DNA of 64,000 nucleotides from Orbicella franksi (Eukaryota): NCBI GenBank assembly GCA_964199315.1, contig OZ116708.1, positions 3,906,001 to 3,970,000 of the forward strand, read 5' to 3'. Shown piece by piece: positions 60,901 to 64,000 of this stretch (position 1 is its first letter; each line of letters starts with the position of its first letter). The notes under the pieces were generated by a model. It saw only the letters and a program-made list of their open reading frames with translations, ran no database searches and was not told where the DNA came from. The position numbers and the translations under genes were made by a program.

Positions 60901-61819
60901 GAAGTAATGAACGTATATTCTTTTTCGTAATTACACATTTTTACCAGTATTCTTTATGAAGCAAGCCGAGCCAATGACAGTTTAGCTTAACTGACTGACG
61001 AATGGAGAATTATCGTATTTGATTGCTTGTTTACGAGAAATAATTGTGCCAGTCGTTAAAAAGCATTATTTCCTCATTGGTTCGCTTTCTTTTCAACATC
61101 GCCTTGTGATATTTAGCACTTATCGCTTTCAAATCGTTTTCAGCTGCTGAGAGGCTATATGCAAATTTTTCTGTTTTCGTGGCCAAGATTTTTACATCGA
61201 TGTAAAGTTTCCACGGGTTTAATTATAATTATCACAGTACAAATTTATTGGCAAGTTTGTAACTGATATTTTTTGCCTGGGGCAAAGTTGGGATTGAACT
61301 TGTTAACCTGGCGAGTAAATAAGCGGTCTGTTACATTCAAGGACCAGTATATACCTCAGGTTATTGGACTGGTACGTTTATTTTTACGTTTTCTATTTTC
61401 TCAACATAAATCTGGTCATCCTAACATTCTGTGATGTGTTTTTGTCAGTAACATTAATCTTTCTTGTAATAATATAATTTAAGAAAGTGAAATTTATATT
61501 GCATGCAGAGTTTTTCAGTATAAAAAATATATATATATATTCCGCCATTAGCAAAAAGTAATTACAATAAGCATCGATAGCTTCAATTTCGTATCAAAAT
61601 TTTTATGAAACATACTTCATTTTGTCGAACAGAATTTACTTTTGAGTCAAGGACTCTTTTCAATCTAGTTCCATCCATACACAGCAACTTAACAGGGTTT
61701 GAACTGCTCTCTGTGCACTGACTCCAAAATCTATTCAGTGATATCGTCCCTTGCTTTCATTTTTTTCCGTGCATCTCCGAACTGGGTTTGGCTTCAGTGA
61801 TTTGTCTAAATTTTCAGTT

Positions 61820-62050
61820 TCAAGCCTTTAGCACCGATAGCAAAATGTCCAAACAACCTTCCAACGTGGCGCATGACTTGAATTTTTTAAGACTGCTGCA
61901 AGATAAGTCTTGGTATGACAGACTCAACTCGTCGCCGATGATCGCCAGTCTGTTAGCAACAGTTTGAATCACCTCAGTGTTTTGATGTTTGACTGAGTCC
62001 ACAGCAATGCCTTGTTCTGTGTAAGCAGAGATGTCACTTGGTCGATCCAT
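61820..62050 (-). CDS. 76-aa candidate BH3-only protein
   Basis: AAATCATGG start. Splice acceptor at 62102 (tttacAG) with an upstream in-frame TAA, and an upstream donor CTGG|GTAAGT at ~62461. The sequence VIQTVANRLAIIGDELSLSY fits the BH3 consensus L-x-x-I-G-D-E-[LF]. Confidence 0.6.
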   Translation of the reverse strand: MDRPSDISAYTEQGIAVDSVKHQNTEVIQTVANRLAIIGDELSLSYQDLSCSSLKKFKSCATLEGCLDILLSVLKA

Positions 62051-64000
62051 GATTTGCTCAAATTATTGCCAGTGACAATTTGCCCTTATGGTAAGTAGTT
62101 CCTGTAAACACGAATCGTAAAATCATTTCATGTTTAAATATTGGTCTTAATGTTGGGAGTAAATTAATATCACAGAAATGTGACTTCAGCCCTTAAGGCA
62201 TGCTTAACCCGTTAGTTTGTATCATTACGTTGTCCCATTGCAATATTGCTGTTGGTGCGATTCGTCCAATGTACTTAGCGACCTCACTAATGAAAGCAAA
62301 ACGTGCTAGGAACGAGGAACGAAAAAATGGGATTCAATTGTGCTTGCAAAACAAAAACAACAAATATGTTTGCTCAAAATTCCGTAGAAAACGTTGAAAA
62401 ATCGATGGCACATGAAAAACCAAAATATTCTAGAAACATTGACCTCTGGAAACAAACTTACCCAGAGTTCTGTATCCTTCTCACTTCTCAGCTTGACTTT
62501 TTGCTGAAGTTCGACTCTCTTGTTCCACACGGGAGCTGGTAAGAGCTAATATGAACTAACCATGGCATGAAGCCCTTTTATAGGCCGAACCATCGTCCAA
62601 AAATCACGAATCACGAAACAAATAACACGAAATATCACGTAACTCCATACCGTGTTTGTAAATCTTAACAACAATACCTCAGAGAGAGCCGGAGGGCACA
62701 ACATCACGAGAACGGATTTCAATAAAAACAAGCTCACATTATTTCACCAAGACTGAATTGTTTTAACTTCATGATTTTTCTATGTTTAAATCTTGCTTAA
62801 GGCATATGTTATAGTAAACATAAGGGTTTATTTGCGATATCGTGTTGTGTACCGTGGTCTTGAAATCACATGAGGAGGATCACGTTCACTTATTCTCAAA
62901 AACAAGTGAGTTAAATACTAGTTATTACTCACGATATATTATTTATGTAAATGTGTATGAGAAATGTTATGATTATCAATCTGAGGACTACTGAAATTAC
63001 TCTGAGTAAATGTATTAGCCCAGTTCATGTCATGACAAACTTCAAGAGGTGACACTTCCTCAGTTAATGTGAATTGTTTTTATGAAGTGTCCTTCAACTT
63101 GAGAATATTTCCGGTACATCTGTTTTTCAATTTATTTTTCATCATTGACTTACGATAATTTTATTCCCGACAAATTACGTTGGCAAGAGGTGTTGTAAAA
63201 TATATGAAGCGTGTTTTACTTGAAATATATATCTGGCTAAATATCTAAGTAGATAAAGTCAGAGGAATTTAAGCTTACTAAAAAAGCAATTTTCCTAGCA
63301 TGGTAATGCATACAGAAAACGTGAAGGTTCCTCAAGAGATGTAAATCGCCTTTCTTAATCTTTATGCCATACAATTCAATTTGTTTCATATAGCAAGAAA
63401 TATCTACAGCCACAGTATGTAATTACAGTAGATGGTCGCGCCTATGGTGCGAAGTTTCGCTCTCAGGTCAACTACTCTGGCTTGACTGTTGCTGACATAT
63501 TTTAATCCAGCTCTGTGTAGTACGTAAGTCCACAATTTAGATCTCAGGAGAAAACACGAAACACAAAGAAAATCACAGAATCAAAACATCGTCATTATCA
63601 TTTCCCATGTTCACAATAGTAGACTAGTAACAATAACTCACGAGAGGGCACTGTACTGAGAAACGTCACGAGATAAAAATTGGATAAACTTAGGCTAAAT
63701 AAACATATTGAACAAAATTTTCCACTCTAATGTTCACATATGACGCTCATGTTTAAGATACTACAAACATTTCCATATACAAAACTTTCTTTTTGTTGTA
63801 CTGATATCTTTGCTCTGTTAAGAAACTAGCCCGTGTATGCAATGGCTAATTGAAATAATGCTAGAAAATGAGGTCGATCGGGCAGGCAACCTATATCACA
63901 GTATTTATCATGTATAATTTTCATTATTATCTGTCATTAATCAGCGATTTGATGAAACTTGAATTGATATTTCGTTTATTCTGTCAAGCGAATCTATAAA

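Overview
Eukaryotic (animal) DNA with many GT-AG introns, MITEs, a tRNA-derived SINE and LINE fragments. The repeat style suggests an anthozoan or stony coral (inference). Contents, left to right: (1) a diverged ~1.76-kb-period tandem duplication (1-3075) upstream of an intronless 481-aa ORF (3669-5114, +) built like a polymorphic toxin: tandem ~79-aa repeat, Gly/Ala hydrophobic segment, linker, and a C-terminal CAE...PCxxC zinc-deaminase motif; (2) a ~38-exon minus-strand gene (35983 to 8818) encoding an EF-hand head and a very long charged coiled coil made of five super-repeats; (3) head-to-head with it, a SPMIP1/ATP6V1FNB-like sperm microtubule inner protein (36758-37318, +); (4) glutaminyl-tRNA synthetase QARS1 (51720 to 40187, -); (5) a RHIM-like + TPR-like gene (56031 to 54217, -) with an in-frame TGA at codon 20 and a stop codon supplied by a LINE fragment, followed by a paralog fragment and a Merlin-type transposase remnant; (6) a 76-aa candidate BH3-only protein (62050 to 61820, -). 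No CRISPR array, rRNA or intact tRNA was seen. Exon and repeat boundaries were read by eye; those marked ~ are approximate. No database search was run, so family assignments come from motif recognition.
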